Part shown: in pieces, positions 28,180-36,730 of the stretch | Position numbering within the stretch: the first letter of the stretch is position 1 | How the letters are laid out: each line of letters starts with the position of its first letter | DNA from: an uncultured Methanosarcinales archaeon | GTDB taxonomy: Archaea > Nanobdellota > Nanobdellia > Woesearchaeales > DATDXC01 | Direction of reading: 5' to 3' | Assembly: GCA_964510025.1 (NCBI GenBank) | Contig: CAZDZV010000013.1 | Location: forward strand, 1-37,377 | DNA: 37,377 nt | Notes under the pieces: generated by a model | Database searches by the model: none | Told to the model about the DNA's origin: nothing | What the model saw: only the letters and a program-made list of their open reading frames with translations | Made by a program: the position numbers and the translations under genes

Positions 28180-29172
28180 ATGGCAAAGGCTAAAGAAAGC
28201 AGTTTTAAAAGAATTGGCGAATCTGAAACATGGGAAAAGGGACAAAAAGCAAGCGTGGCAACTGTTCTAGAAAGGAAAGATGGTGTTAAAGGAATTTCTA
28301 TCAAAATTGGCAAAAAAGTTCCTTATCAATCTCGTCCAAGATACGGAAAAACAATCTGGATAGATGAAGAATTAGACTTGCCTTCTTGGCTTAATTGGTT
28401 TATCAGAACTATCAAGAATATGTACTTAAAGGTATTTGGTAAGAGGGTCACTGGAATTGATGAAGAATCTGAATATTATAGGACTAGAACTGAACAATTA
28501 ACTAAAGAATTAGCTGAAACACAGAGAAAACTTGAAGAATCTGAGCAGAAACAAATCTCAAATAAGCACATTGTAAGCCTAGCACAGAAATCAATTGAAA
28601 ACTTAGATAACTATCAAACAGTATTTAATGAATTCAAATCGAACATAAATGAAAGTTTGGATAAAGGCGTTGGATTTGAAGAAAAGATAAAAACTAAGAT
28701 AATGGATAATAGATGGTTATTAGGTTTAGAATGCCAAGTAGAAGCAAAGAATGAGAACGTAGATAAACAAACTCAAATCGATTTACATGTCAAAACTAAA
28801 TATAATCAAGATAGAATATTTGAGGTAAAAAGCCCCAATATAAAACCAGTGATTCGAAAGGATAACAAAGAAAAACGAAGATTCATAATTTCTCCAGATT
28901 TAGCTGATGGTTTAAGTGAACTAATTTTATATATGCGAAGAACGGATATATATTCTCAACATAAGAATGAGGGTCTTTACGGAATTCAGAAAGCTTCAGG
29001 ATGTATCTTAATCGGTTATAATCTCAGCGATTCGGAACTAGAGTTATTAAAGGAACTGAATTTTCACTTAGGTCCGCATATTCAAATTGTTACATATAAT
29101 GATCTTATTAAAAATATTGAATCTGAAATGACAATAATTAAAACTGTCAAAGAAGAAATAACAAAACAATAA
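28180..29172 (+). CDS. Shedu-like (SduA/DUF4263) defence nuclease with coiled-coil N-terminal region (cassette C2)
   Basis: QIDLHV...IFEVKSP PD-(D/E)xK core, LADGLSELILY, ILIG and IQIVTYNDLI C-terminus typical of DUF4263. Confidence 0.7.
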   Translation: MAKAKESSFKRIGESETWEKGQKASVATVLERKDGVKGISIKIGKKVPYQSRPRYGKTIWIDEELDLPSWLNWFIRTIKNMYLKVFGKRVTGIDEESEYYRTRTEQLTKELAETQRKLEESEQKQISNKHIVSLAQKSIENLDNYQTVFNEFKSNINESLDKGVGFEEKIKTKIMDNRWLLGLECQVEAKNENVDKQTQIDLHVKTKYNQDRIFEVKSPNIKPVIRKDNKEKRRFIISPDLADGLSELILYMRRTDIYSQHKNEGLYGIQKASGCILIGYNLSDSELELLKELNFHLGPHIQIVTYNDLIKNIESEMTIIKTVKEEITKQ

Positions 29173-29176
29173 ACCT

Positions 29177-31894
29177 CTAAATCTTATCTAAAATTGTCTC
29201 AACAATTTCAATCTCTTTTTTATTCAATCCATACAACTTGTAAACTTCTTGGTCTATTTCATCATCTAATTTTTTAATTTCTTTTTCTAAGCGAACTTTT
29301 TCATCAGTTTTCTTATTATGTAATTTAGTTAATGCTTCATTTTTTTGTATAATATTGCCTACTAAATCTTTGATTTTATTCTGTTGGCTAGGCTTAGATT
29401 TTATAATAGGTAATACTCTCAATTGCGGAGCTTGATATTGATAATATCCCCCACTCATTCTAAGTCCTGAGAATAATTCTCCATAAATATAACTCATTAG
29501 TTTTGAGTTAAGTAAACCAGCTAAAAACAATAAATCATATCCATCTTTTGGTGAATGAACACAATTAGTATTTATAGAAGCATAATCACCTTTCAAATCA
29601 ACAAACCCCTCTAATCTTAGTGCAAGTTTAGCAAATACAATTTTTTGATTTTGATATAACTCCTTTCTAGTATCTTTTATTTTACTAATATCTAATTTTG
29701 GAAAAAATAATTGCTTTCCTTTATTTAAGAATCTGACATATCCATAGGATGTCGCAAATCTGTCAATAGTACCTGAATTTAAGATTGACAAACCGTCAAT
29801 CCCTTCTTTAATGTGTTTTGAGAATTCATCTGATTCTGCTGCAGTACTTGTAGCTTGAACCTCTGCACACTCTTCAAGCGGGGTTGAATTATTATATATC
29901 CTCTCAATAATTTTTGCGCCTTTGGTCAGTAGGAGCCCCCAGATATTTTCAGGTAGCATTTCCAGATTTTTTGAAGATATTTTATCAGAAATAATTTTTG
30001 AATTCTCATCAATTTCAAATCTCTCTATTTGGATATCATACCTCTTTTCTTGTTTGATTTTTTGGAAAATAGTAACTACAGGATATACAGAAGGATCTTC
30101 AAAAACGTTTACTTGAGATAAATCAAATATTTTCACTAATTTATAATTCTGATTAATAAATTGCCTAAATGCTACACCATATGGAGAGGATAAAAATTTA
30201 TTAGGAGTAATAAATGCTACATAGCCACCATATTTACATAAATTGAGTGCTTGTTCAAAAAACAAAATATATATGTCATATGTTCCACGAGATGAACTAT
30301 ATTTATTTTTCCAAAAGTCTTTAACCTCTTTGCCGTAAGTCTTTGTTAGTTGTATCGCATTAATATAAGGAGGATTACCAATAACTACATCAAAACCCCC
30401 CTTGTCCATTATTTCTCTAAATTCTTCTTGCCATTTGAGAGGTTTGAACTTTACAAATCTAATATCATCAATCAAAGAATTCCCAACTTTGATATTCTCT
30501 TGCAATGTAGGCAATCTATGCTTTTTCTCAGCAGCCTTTAACAACAGATTCAATTGTGCAATCTCTACAGCTTTAGCATCTAAATCAACACCAAAAATAT
30601 TATCTTTAAGAATCTCAACCTTTCTTCCGTAAGTTGCAGATTCTCCGGTTAAATCTAGCTTTGTTTGGTCTATCTCACCATTTTTCTTTTTATCAAGAGT
30701 TACCAAATAATCAAAAGCCTTCATTAAGAAGCTTCCAGAACCGCAGGCAGGATCAAGAATCTTGATATTTTTTAAATCAAATTTCCTGTCTTTCGCTAAC
30801 TCTCCTACTGTGTTCTTAACAATATAATCAACTACATAGGTAGGAGTATAATAAATGCCTTGCTCTTTTCTATGCGCCTTGCCATTAGAAAGTTTTGCTC
30901 TTTTTGGTGTTGTTTTAAGTATATGTCCCAAGTATTGCTCATATATATTACCAAGAACATCAGCATCGATAACTCCAAAATCGTAATGTACTGTATTATC
31001 GGATGTCTTGAATAACCCTCTTATTACTTTTTCAAGAATATTATCATCAATTTCCAAATCTTCGCATAAATGCTGTACAAATAACTTACTATTATAGATA
31101 TTATCTATTTGCCTAAATAAATTATTCAGCTTTTTATACACTCTTTTATGAGTATCTTCCCTTATAAGAGATTGCAGCATCGGAGCTTCCAGTTCTTTGT
31201 CTTCCAATGTTCTGATAAAGATAAGCCTGTCTAAAATCCTTTGTACTGATTCGTCTAACTCATCAACAGACAAATTCTTAGAAGCATTATCTTTTAGGAT
31301 GTTTTTTGATAAGATTTCTCTAAAAACTGTCATATCCGTTAGAAGCTGCTTATCTACGGGAACCTTCTTGGCTTTTTTACCCCATTTTTCCGCTTCTTTA
31401 TCTATCTCATTGCTTGCAAAACTCTCTTTTGATAATAGCCAAAGCTGGTCAAACCTATCAAGAAATTGCTGACAATTAATCCCAAAAAACATATTTTGAA
31501 GAGGATTTGCAGATTTCCATTCAGCATTGAATACTTTTATTCCCTCAAAATCCGATAAGATTGCCCAAGTACATCCTTTATGCCAAGAGTAATTGATTGC
31601 CTGCTCTACAAATTTTATGTTCTCTAAGTCTTCTTTTAGTGATTTAGCTTCAAGAAAGAATTTAGGTATTCCATCAATCCTAAAACCGTAATCTACTCTT
31701 TTTCTAGAAATCTTTTCTTCAGCAGTTACTTCTTCTCCATCCTCTACTTTCCAGCCTAAAGCACGAAATAAAGGAAGAATGAAGTCTTTTTTAGTCATCT
31801 CCTCATTATAAGATTTTAGTCTGCCAGATTGAACAACTTGGTCATATTTCTCAACTAACAGTTGAATTTCTTTTTTGGCTGTTTCCTTGTCCAT
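29177..31894 (-). CDS. Type IIG restriction-modification fusion enzyme (REase + N6-adenine MTase + TRD) (cassette C2)
   Basis: N-terminal RVDY...FLEAK nuclease, GIYYTP, ILDPACGSGSFL, FDVVIGNPPY and a C-terminal specificity/helical region. Confidence 0.93.
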   Translation of the reverse strand: MDKETAKKEIQLLVEKYDQVVQSGRLKSYNEEMTKKDFILPLFRALGWKVEDGEEVTAEEKISRKRVDYGFRIDGIPKFFLEAKSLKEDLENIKFVEQAINYSWHKGCTWAILSDFEGIKVFNAEWKSANPLQNMFFGINCQQFLDRFDQLWLLSKESFASNEIDKEAEKWGKKAKKVPVDKQLLTDMTVFREILSKNILKDNASKNLSVDELDESVQRILDRLIFIRTLEDKELEAPMLQSLIREDTHKRVYKKLNNLFRQIDNIYNSKLFVQHLCEDLEIDDNILEKVIRGLFKTSDNTVHYDFGVIDADVLGNIYEQYLGHILKTTPKRAKLSNGKAHRKEQGIYYTPTYVVDYIVKNTVGELAKDRKFDLKNIKILDPACGSGSFLMKAFDYLVTLDKKKNGEIDQTKLDLTGESATYGRKVEILKDNIFGVDLDAKAVEIAQLNLLLKAAEKKHRLPTLQENIKVGNSLIDDIRFVKFKPLKWQEEFREIMDKGGFDVVIGNPPYINAIQLTKTYGKEVKDFWKNKYSSSRGTYDIYILFFEQALNLCKYGGYVAFITPNKFLSSPYGVAFRQFINQNYKLVKIFDLSQVNVFEDPSVYPVVTIFQKIKQEKRYDIQIERFEIDENSKIISDKISSKNLEMLPENIWGLLLTKGAKIIERIYNNSTPLEECAEVQATSTAAESDEFSKHIKEGIDGLSILNSGTIDRFATSYGYVRFLNKGKQLFFPKLDISKIKDTRKELYQNQKIVFAKLALRLEGFVDLKGDYASINTNCVHSPKDGYDLLFLAGLLNSKLMSYIYGELFSGLRMSGGYYQYQAPQLRVLPIIKSKPSQQNKIKDLVGNIIQKNEALTKLHNKKTDEKVRLEKEIKKLDDEIDQEVYKLYGLNKKEIEIVETILDKI

Positions 31895-31940
31895 ATTCTA
31901 AATATCAAAGACAACTAATTTATAAATATTCCTTAAAATT

Positions 31941-32219
31941 TTATTCTAAGCTGTGATTGTTAAAAAACCACCTATATTTATCATTTAGTTTATCATAGCA
32001 GCTTTGACATATTCCTGTTTTATTAACACCAAGATTATCAATTTTGCTTCCGCAAGTGATACATAAATTATTCATCAAATTGTGCAAATCAAATAGAATC
32101 ATACTTTTTGTGTCATTTGGAATCTTAGAATTATCAAGCTCTTTTTTCAGTCTTTTCATTAATAAAACTCTTTCAAAGTCATCTTTAGTTTCCTCTCTAT
32201 ATTTATTTATCTTATTCAT
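31941..32219 (-). CDS. Small hypothetical protein with CxxC...CxxC
   Basis: CITC...CQSC. Overlaps the upstream gene by 4 nt. Confidence 0.6.
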   Translation of the reverse strand: MNKINKYREETKDDFERVLLMKRLKKELDNSKIPNDTKSMILFDLHNLMNNLCITCGSKIDNLGVNKTGICQSCYDKLNDKYRWFFNNHSLE

Positions 32220-32899
32220 CTCATCCTTAAAGCTTGACCTTTAAATTTACCATTAAACTCAATATCATCAAAGACATTAACCAATATTGTCGCTACCCAT
32301 GAAGCTGTTGATAATCCATTCATATTTCCGTTATATGCCAATTTTATTTGACCTTCTATTGTTTCAGGATTAGTTGCGATTCTACTGGCACCTATTTTTA
32401 TCCAATTTGCTTTATTTTCTTTTAGGTAATTGTAAGCAGCTTCAAATCTCTCTTTCTCTACCCTAATTTTATTTCCTGAAGAAGTAAAACCAATCTTTAT
32501 GCCCCAATCAGACAACTCTTCAATGATAAAACTTTGACCTTTGCTTGAAGGAGAGATTAATTGCATATTCTTATGGTGCTGTAAATAATCATATATCTTT
32601 TTCCACATATTCTCATCTCCTTTGCTTTTCTTGCCTAAGAATTTAAGAAAAGGAGTTTCCTTTTTCTCTGGTTGTTTTGGGTTATACATCCAATAATTAT
32701 CTTTATGGATTACTCTATTTTCTTTTTGAAAAAAGTTAAGATAAGGCGAAACTGCCCCCATCTTAGCCCCCAATTCATTAGATAATTCAATAACAGTAAA
32801 GGCCTTATCACTATTCTCTCTCAAAAAATCAATAAGTTTATCTTTTAGCGATTCGGATTTTCTATCCAAATTTTTAAATTCTTCTCGACTTATAGGCAT
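32216..32899 (-). CDS. Hypothetical protein with N-terminal winged HTH
   Basis: LIDFLRENSDKAFTVIELSNELG helix-turn-helix pattern. SD AGGTGA and a TATA box upstream. Confidence 0.7.
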   Translation of the reverse strand: MPISREEFKNLDRKSESLKDKLIDFLRENSDKAFTVIELSNELGAKMGAVSPYLNFFQKENRVIHKDNYWMYNPKQPEKKETPFLKFLGKKSKGDENMWKKIYDYLQHHKNMQLISPSSKGQSFIIEELSDWGIKIGFTSSGNKIRVEKERFEAAYNYLKENKANWIKIGASRIATNPETIEGQIKLAYNGNMNGLSTASWVATILVNVFDDIEFNGKFKGQALRMR

Positions 32900-33088
32900 A
32901 TCAAATCACCTTCTTATATGTTTATATGTTGTGTATATATGTATGTATATATAAATGTTTCTATTTTAACCCCCAATTCTTACGAAAGTTAGTCTGTTAC
33001 ACAGAAATCTATAATTAACATATAATAAAAAACTACGGCAGTAACGCATTTTCGACAAATAAAAAGCTACGCTCACCATCAAAGGTTC

Positions 33089-33117
33089 ACTTCGCATAAT
33101 CAAATGCTATGCGGTTG
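33089..33117. other. Cassette junction J2, dif-like site (7-bp spacer)
   Basis: ACTTCGCATAA-TCAAATG-CTATGCGGTTG. Confidence 0.75.
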
Positions 33118-33208
33118 CGTTACTCAAGCCATCAAAGACTTTGCGTTACTCTCCCAAATTTTTTAATGCCGACAAAACCAAAAGGTTTATATATTAGTGG
33201 TTATTTTT

Positions 33209-33244
33209 ATAACCAGATGGTTATTTAATTGACCAAGTGGTCAA
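33209..33244. promoter_or_regulatory. Tandem palindromic operator sites between the TATA box and the MNT start
   Basis: ATAACCA-GA-TGGTTAT (33209-33224) and TTGACCA-AG-TGGTCAA (33229-33244), with a 20-bp period. A further half-site lies at 33198-33204. Confidence 0.7.
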
Positions 33245-33245
33245 G

Positions 33246-33785
33246 ATGGACGAAATACTCAAAAACAATATATACAAAATACTAGAACTTTTTATAGAGA
33301 ATCCCAGTAAAGATTTTTCTGTTCGGGGCATTGCCCGGAAATTAGATTTGAGCCATGCTACTGTGATAAAATATGTCTCTAATCTATTTTCCTTAAATCT
33401 AATAAAAAAGAAAGAAGATACTTTATATCCAACCTACTATGCTAACACTGAAAGTGATAAGTATAAGTTTTACAAGAAAAATTATATATTGTTTAAGATA
33501 AAAGAGTCTGGCATAGTTGGATATATCCAAAAACAAACTTTAGCATCTTCGATAATCTTATTTGGGAGCTGCTCAAAGGGGGCATTTACAGAAAAAAGCG
33601 ATATAGATATCTTTGTAGAAGCTAAAGAATCAGGTTCAGATATAAGTAAATATGAAAAAAAGCTAAACAGAAAAATCAATCTTTTATTTGAGCCAAATAT
33701 CAATAATCTTTCAAATGAGCTAAGAAATAACATCATAAATGGTATAATCTTATATGGTTTTATAAGGATTAATGGAGGGAAATAA
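33246..33785 (+). CDS. wHTH + minimal nucleotidyltransferase (MNT antitoxin) (cassette C3)
   Basis: FSVRGIARKLDLSHATV HTH and ILFGSCSKG...SDIDIFV. ATG 33246 is preferred over GTG 33237. Confidence 0.88.
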   Translation: MDEILKNNIYKILELFIENPSKDFSVRGIARKLDLSHATVIKYVSNLFSLNLIKKKEDTLYPTYYANTESDKYKFYKKNYILFKIKESGIVGYIQKQTLASSIILFGSCSKGAFTEKSDIDIFVEAKESGSDISKYEKKLNRKINLLFEPNINNLSNELRNNIINGIILYGFIRINGGK

Positions 33786-33788
33786 AAA

Positions 33789-34214
33789 ATGGCAGATAAA
33801 ATAAGCTGGAAAGAATGTGTTGACCAGAATATCATAACAAAAACAACTCCAGATAAAGAAAGATCATTGCAGATGCTTAACATGGCAAATTTAAGGCTGG
33901 AATTTTGGGATAAAAAAATCAATGATAAGTTTATTGCCCTAAAAGTTGAGGCATATTATGATATAATAAAAGAGCTTATTTTTGCCCATATGTATAAGAA
34001 TGGATTCAATTGCACAAACCATTTATGCTTAATAGCCTATCTTAGAGAGAAATTTGAAAATTTTGATTTTGAAATTGATAAGACAGATGAATTGAGAAAA
34101 CTAAGGAATGAGATAAATTATAGGGGATTCTCTGTTCAAAAAGACTACTTAGACAGGAATGAACTAGAGTTTAAGAGTATTATAAACAAGCTAAAAGATA
34201 GCCTAAAAAAATAA
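33789..34214 (+). CDS. HEPN-domain toxin (cassette C3)
   Basis: AYYDIIKEL...NHLCLIAYL...RKLRNEINY (Rx4Y variant). Lies immediately downstream of the MNT gene. Confidence 0.8.
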   Translation: MADKISWKECVDQNIITKTTPDKERSLQMLNMANLRLEFWDKKINDKFIALKVEAYYDIIKELIFAHMYKNGFNCTNHLCLIAYLREKFENFDFEIDKTDELRKLRNEINYRGFSVQKDYLDRNELEFKSIINKLKDSLKK

Positions 34215-34314
34215 TTTTTCGTTTTTGAGTATTTCTTATTGTTTTGTCAGCAAATAAAAAACTCTCTCGCTACGCTCGAGCCTGCCAGCTCGAGTCTCTT
34301 CGAGCCTCGAGGGC

Positions 34315-34342
34315 AGGTCGCATAACATTGATTATAAGAAAT
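34315..34342. other. Cassette junction J3, dif-like site
   Basis: AGGTCGCATAA-CATTGA-TTATAAGAAAT. Confidence 0.8.
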
Positions 34343-34397
34343 ATTACTCAGAAAACTTTTTTAGTTTTTAGAAGGGGGCTTTGAGAACCTATTAATA

Positions 34398-35072
34398 TTA
34401 AATGTTAGCTAAATCTTCAAATCTATTGTAACAGACATCCCTTATATTCCAATCACCATCTTCCGGTAGACCTGTACAAGATTCATCTGCATAACATTCA
34501 AATTTTAGTTTTGTAGGTAGATTATCACAATCACTATTTTCTGGTATTACTAAAGCTCTTTTTAACAAACATTCTTTAATTGATTCTTCTGGATATTGAT
34601 TGCAATCAATACTTGTAGTTTTATCAGGATATTCCATTTTTACCCAATCTCTTAATCTATTTTGATTGTTTGTTTTATCAAAATATTTGATCTCATAATT
34701 TTCTTGTGGTAAATTTTTAATTTTAAATTTTATATTCCTGTCACAATTACACATTTCTGGAAAATAGAACATCTTATCTTTAATATATAAATTTATGATA
34801 TTTGCTTCAAGTTTATAATCTCCATCAATATTTCCACCACAATTAAAATTTGTTTTTCCAGAAATTATTAGGTCATTTCCAATCCATTGTATATCAGTTA
34901 ACTTTTCAAATCCAGAAGTTAAAAAATTGTTTTCTTTACAATCTTCATAATCAAATGAATAATTTAGAAATAAATATTTGATACCAGCAAAATAAAATAG
35001 ACCTAAAAGTATTATGACTGCTAATATAATTAAGCTGATTTTATGTTTTGATATAAGATTGCTTACTTGCAT
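34398..35072 (-). CDS. Membrane-anchored Cys-rich extracellular protein (cassette C4)
   Basis: N-terminal TM helix, FNCGG...MCNC and several further Cys residues. Confidence 0.75.
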   Translation of the reverse strand: MQVSNLISKHKISLIILAVIILLGLFYFAGIKYLFLNYSFDYEDCKENNFLTSGFEKLTDIQWIGNDLIISGKTNFNCGGNIDGDYKLEANIINLYIKDKMFYFPEMCNCDRNIKFKIKNLPQENYEIKYFDKTNNQNRLRDWVKMEYPDKTTSIDCNQYPEESIKECLLKRALVIPENSDCDNLPTKLKFECYADESCTGLPEDGDWNIRDVCYNRFEDLANI

Positions 35073-35267
35073 TTAATATAATATAAGCGGTTATTTATAT
35101 AAATATTGTGTTCTCAAAGCCCCTTAATCTATTCACAATAATGCCCTTCGGGCTCGAACAAAAAGTTTTCTTGCGTCATACCTCGATGATTTCTCGAGTG
35201 TTACGCTCACAGCTGTTCGCTACACCTCAAGCCCTCTTCGAGTTTTTGCTCCATTACATTCCGCAAA

Positions 35268-35295
35268 AATTCTTATAACAGGCATTAAGTTCAAT
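35268..35295. other. Cassette junction J4, dif-like site
   Basis: AATTCTTATAA-CAGGCA-TTAAGTTCAAT. The spacer is identical to that of J1. Confidence 0.8.
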
Positions 35296-35464
35296 AAAAT
35301 TTGAGTTCCTTGCCGAGTAATAAAAACTGCAGAAATAAGGCATTTATTTATAAATAAAGATTACCTGATACAGTGTTTTAAGTTTAATTCTCGTCGATAA
35401 TCAATATAAAAGGTTAAATTTATATAGTAAAACCACATCCAGTACTTTCCAAGGGTGGAAAAAT

Positions 35465-35704
35465 ATGAAAAACGATGATGTCATAGGACTCTTAGAAAGG
35501 ATCGATAAGAAGCTTGGATTGATACTGGGAAACCAAATCACTGAGAAGGAGGGCAACATAAAGGCACAGGTGGCCAGACTTGCCAAATCAAATCTGGGCT
35601 CTATTGAGATTGCACAAATACTGGGAATAAGTCCAGCTCATGCGTCCAAAGAATTATCGATCATAAGGAAGGTGAAGAAGCATGAAAACAAAACAGAAGA
35701 ATGA
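35465..35704 (+). CDS. Small coiled-coil + HTH protein, paralog 1 of 6
   Basis: LERIDKKLGLIL...LGSIEIAQILGIS. Confidence 0.8.
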   Translation: MKNDDVIGLLERIDKKLGLILGNQITEKEGNIKAQVARLAKSNLGSIEIAQILGISPAHASKELSIIRKVKKHENKTEE

Positions 35705-35903
35705 ACTTGACCTATTACAGGAAATCAACAATAAGCTTGATATGCTTGTTGCTTTGACTGCCGCCCAAGGAAAAGATAGAGACGAGCAGATCCGAACTTT
35801 AGCAGGTCTAAGCTTTACTAATGCTGATATCAGCAGGCTTCTGGGAATCCCTAAGGGAACTGTTGATGTTGTCAGAGCGAAAAAGAAGAGTGGTAAAAAA
35901 TGA
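35682..35903 (+). CDS. Small coiled-coil + HTH protein, paralog 2 of 6
   Basis: LQEINNKLDMLVAL...FTNADISRLLGIPKGTV. SD AGGTGA. Confidence 0.8.
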   Translation: MKTKQKNELDLLQEINNKLDMLVALTAAQGKDRDEQIRTLAGLSFTNADISRLLGIPKGTVDVVRAKKKSGKK

Positions 35904-36133
35904 ACCCTGATCAGTTTTCAATAATTGAAAAAAAGCTCAACACCGTAATAAAGTTGTTAGCCATGCAAGCTATTGGCGATAAAGAGTATCGCCAACAAAT
36001 CACACTTCTTGATGCTATGGGTTTCCAGCAAAAGGAGATTGCAGACTTAACAGGAAAAACCACAAACAATGTGAAAGTCACGCTTCACCACATTAGGAAA
36101 TCACAAAAGAAAGGTGGAAAGAAAAATGAATGA
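35900..36133 (+). CDS. Small coiled-coil + HTH protein, paralog 3 of 6
   Basis: IEKKLNTVIKLLA...GFQQKEIADLTGKT. ATGA overlap with the upstream gene. Confidence 0.8.
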   Translation: MNPDQFSIIEKKLNTVIKLLAMQAIGDKEYRQQITLLDAMGFQQKEIADLTGKTTNNVKVTLHHIRKSQKKGGKKNE

Positions 36134-36317
36134 TAAGCAATTTGATGAAATCTGCAAAAAGTTAGACCGGATTTTTGCAATCATTGCAGTCCAGAGTATA
36201 GAAAATAAAGATGATAAGATTTACACACTAAAAAATTTAGGCTTCAAAAGCGATGAGGTTAACCCCATTGTTGGCGTAAAGAGCTGTAGGCAAATGGAAG
36301 GATGGAAAAGAAAATGA
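36126..36317 (+). CDS. Small coiled-coil + HTH-like protein, paralog 4 of 6
   Basis: ICKKLDRIFAIIA...LKNLGFKSDEVNPIVG. Start placed at ATG 36126. Confidence 0.75.
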   Translation: MNDKQFDEICKKLDRIFAIIAVQSIENKDDKIYTLKNLGFKSDEVNPIVGVKSCRQMEGWKRK

Positions 36318-36511
36318 ACGATCCTGAAATCACAAAAAAGCTAGACACAATAATTGCACTTCTTGCAACACAAGGTAAAGAAGATGTAGAAAAACTAAAG
36401 ATAATGAAAGCTTTAGGCTATCCTTATAGTGAAATCAGTAAATTACTTGGAGTTCCTGAAGGAACATTAAAAACATGGGATTTTAAAAATCGAAAGTCCA
36501 AATCAAGGTGA
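36314..36511 (+). CDS. Small coiled-coil + HTH protein, paralog 5 of 6
   Basis: ITKKLDTIIALLA...GYPYSEISKLLGVPEGTL. ATGA overlap at 36314. Confidence 0.8.
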   Translation: MNDPEITKKLDTIIALLATQGKEDVEKLKIMKALGYPYSEISKLLGVPEGTLKTWDFKNRKSKSR

Positions 36512-36516
36512 TAACT

Positions 36517-36729
36517 ATGGAATCAGATGATGCTAAAAAAATTATTCGGCGTTTAGACGTGATGATAAACCTATTAATGAGTAGCAGCCAACAGAATCCT
36601 ATTAAAGACTCTGATAAGATAGCTTCTTTGCATGGTTTGGATCTTAGCGCAGCAGAAATTGCTGAAATTACAAACAAAAGCAGACAAAATATTGATGTTG
36701 TGCTTAGGAGACTTAAGCAGAAAAAATAA
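36517..36729 (+). CDS. Small coiled-coil + HTH protein, paralog 6 of 6
   Basis: IIRRLDVMINLL...LSAAEIAEITNKSRQNI. SD AGGTGA before ATG 36517. Confidence 0.8.
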   Translation: MESDDAKKIIRRLDVMINLLMSSSQQNPIKDSDKIASLHGLDLSAAEIAEITNKSRQNIDVVLRRLKQKK

Positions 36730-36730
36730 A

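Noticed and set aside
26265..35279. Insertion sequences or MITEs as the explanation for the inverted repeats
   Set aside because: No transposase and no target-site duplications. The repeats are interrupted, cassette-specific and abut at dif-like junctions.
27895..35295. Single chromosomal dif site for dimer resolution
   Set aside because: There are several sites with different arms and spacers, each at a gene-block boundary. One of them doubling as dif cannot be excluded.
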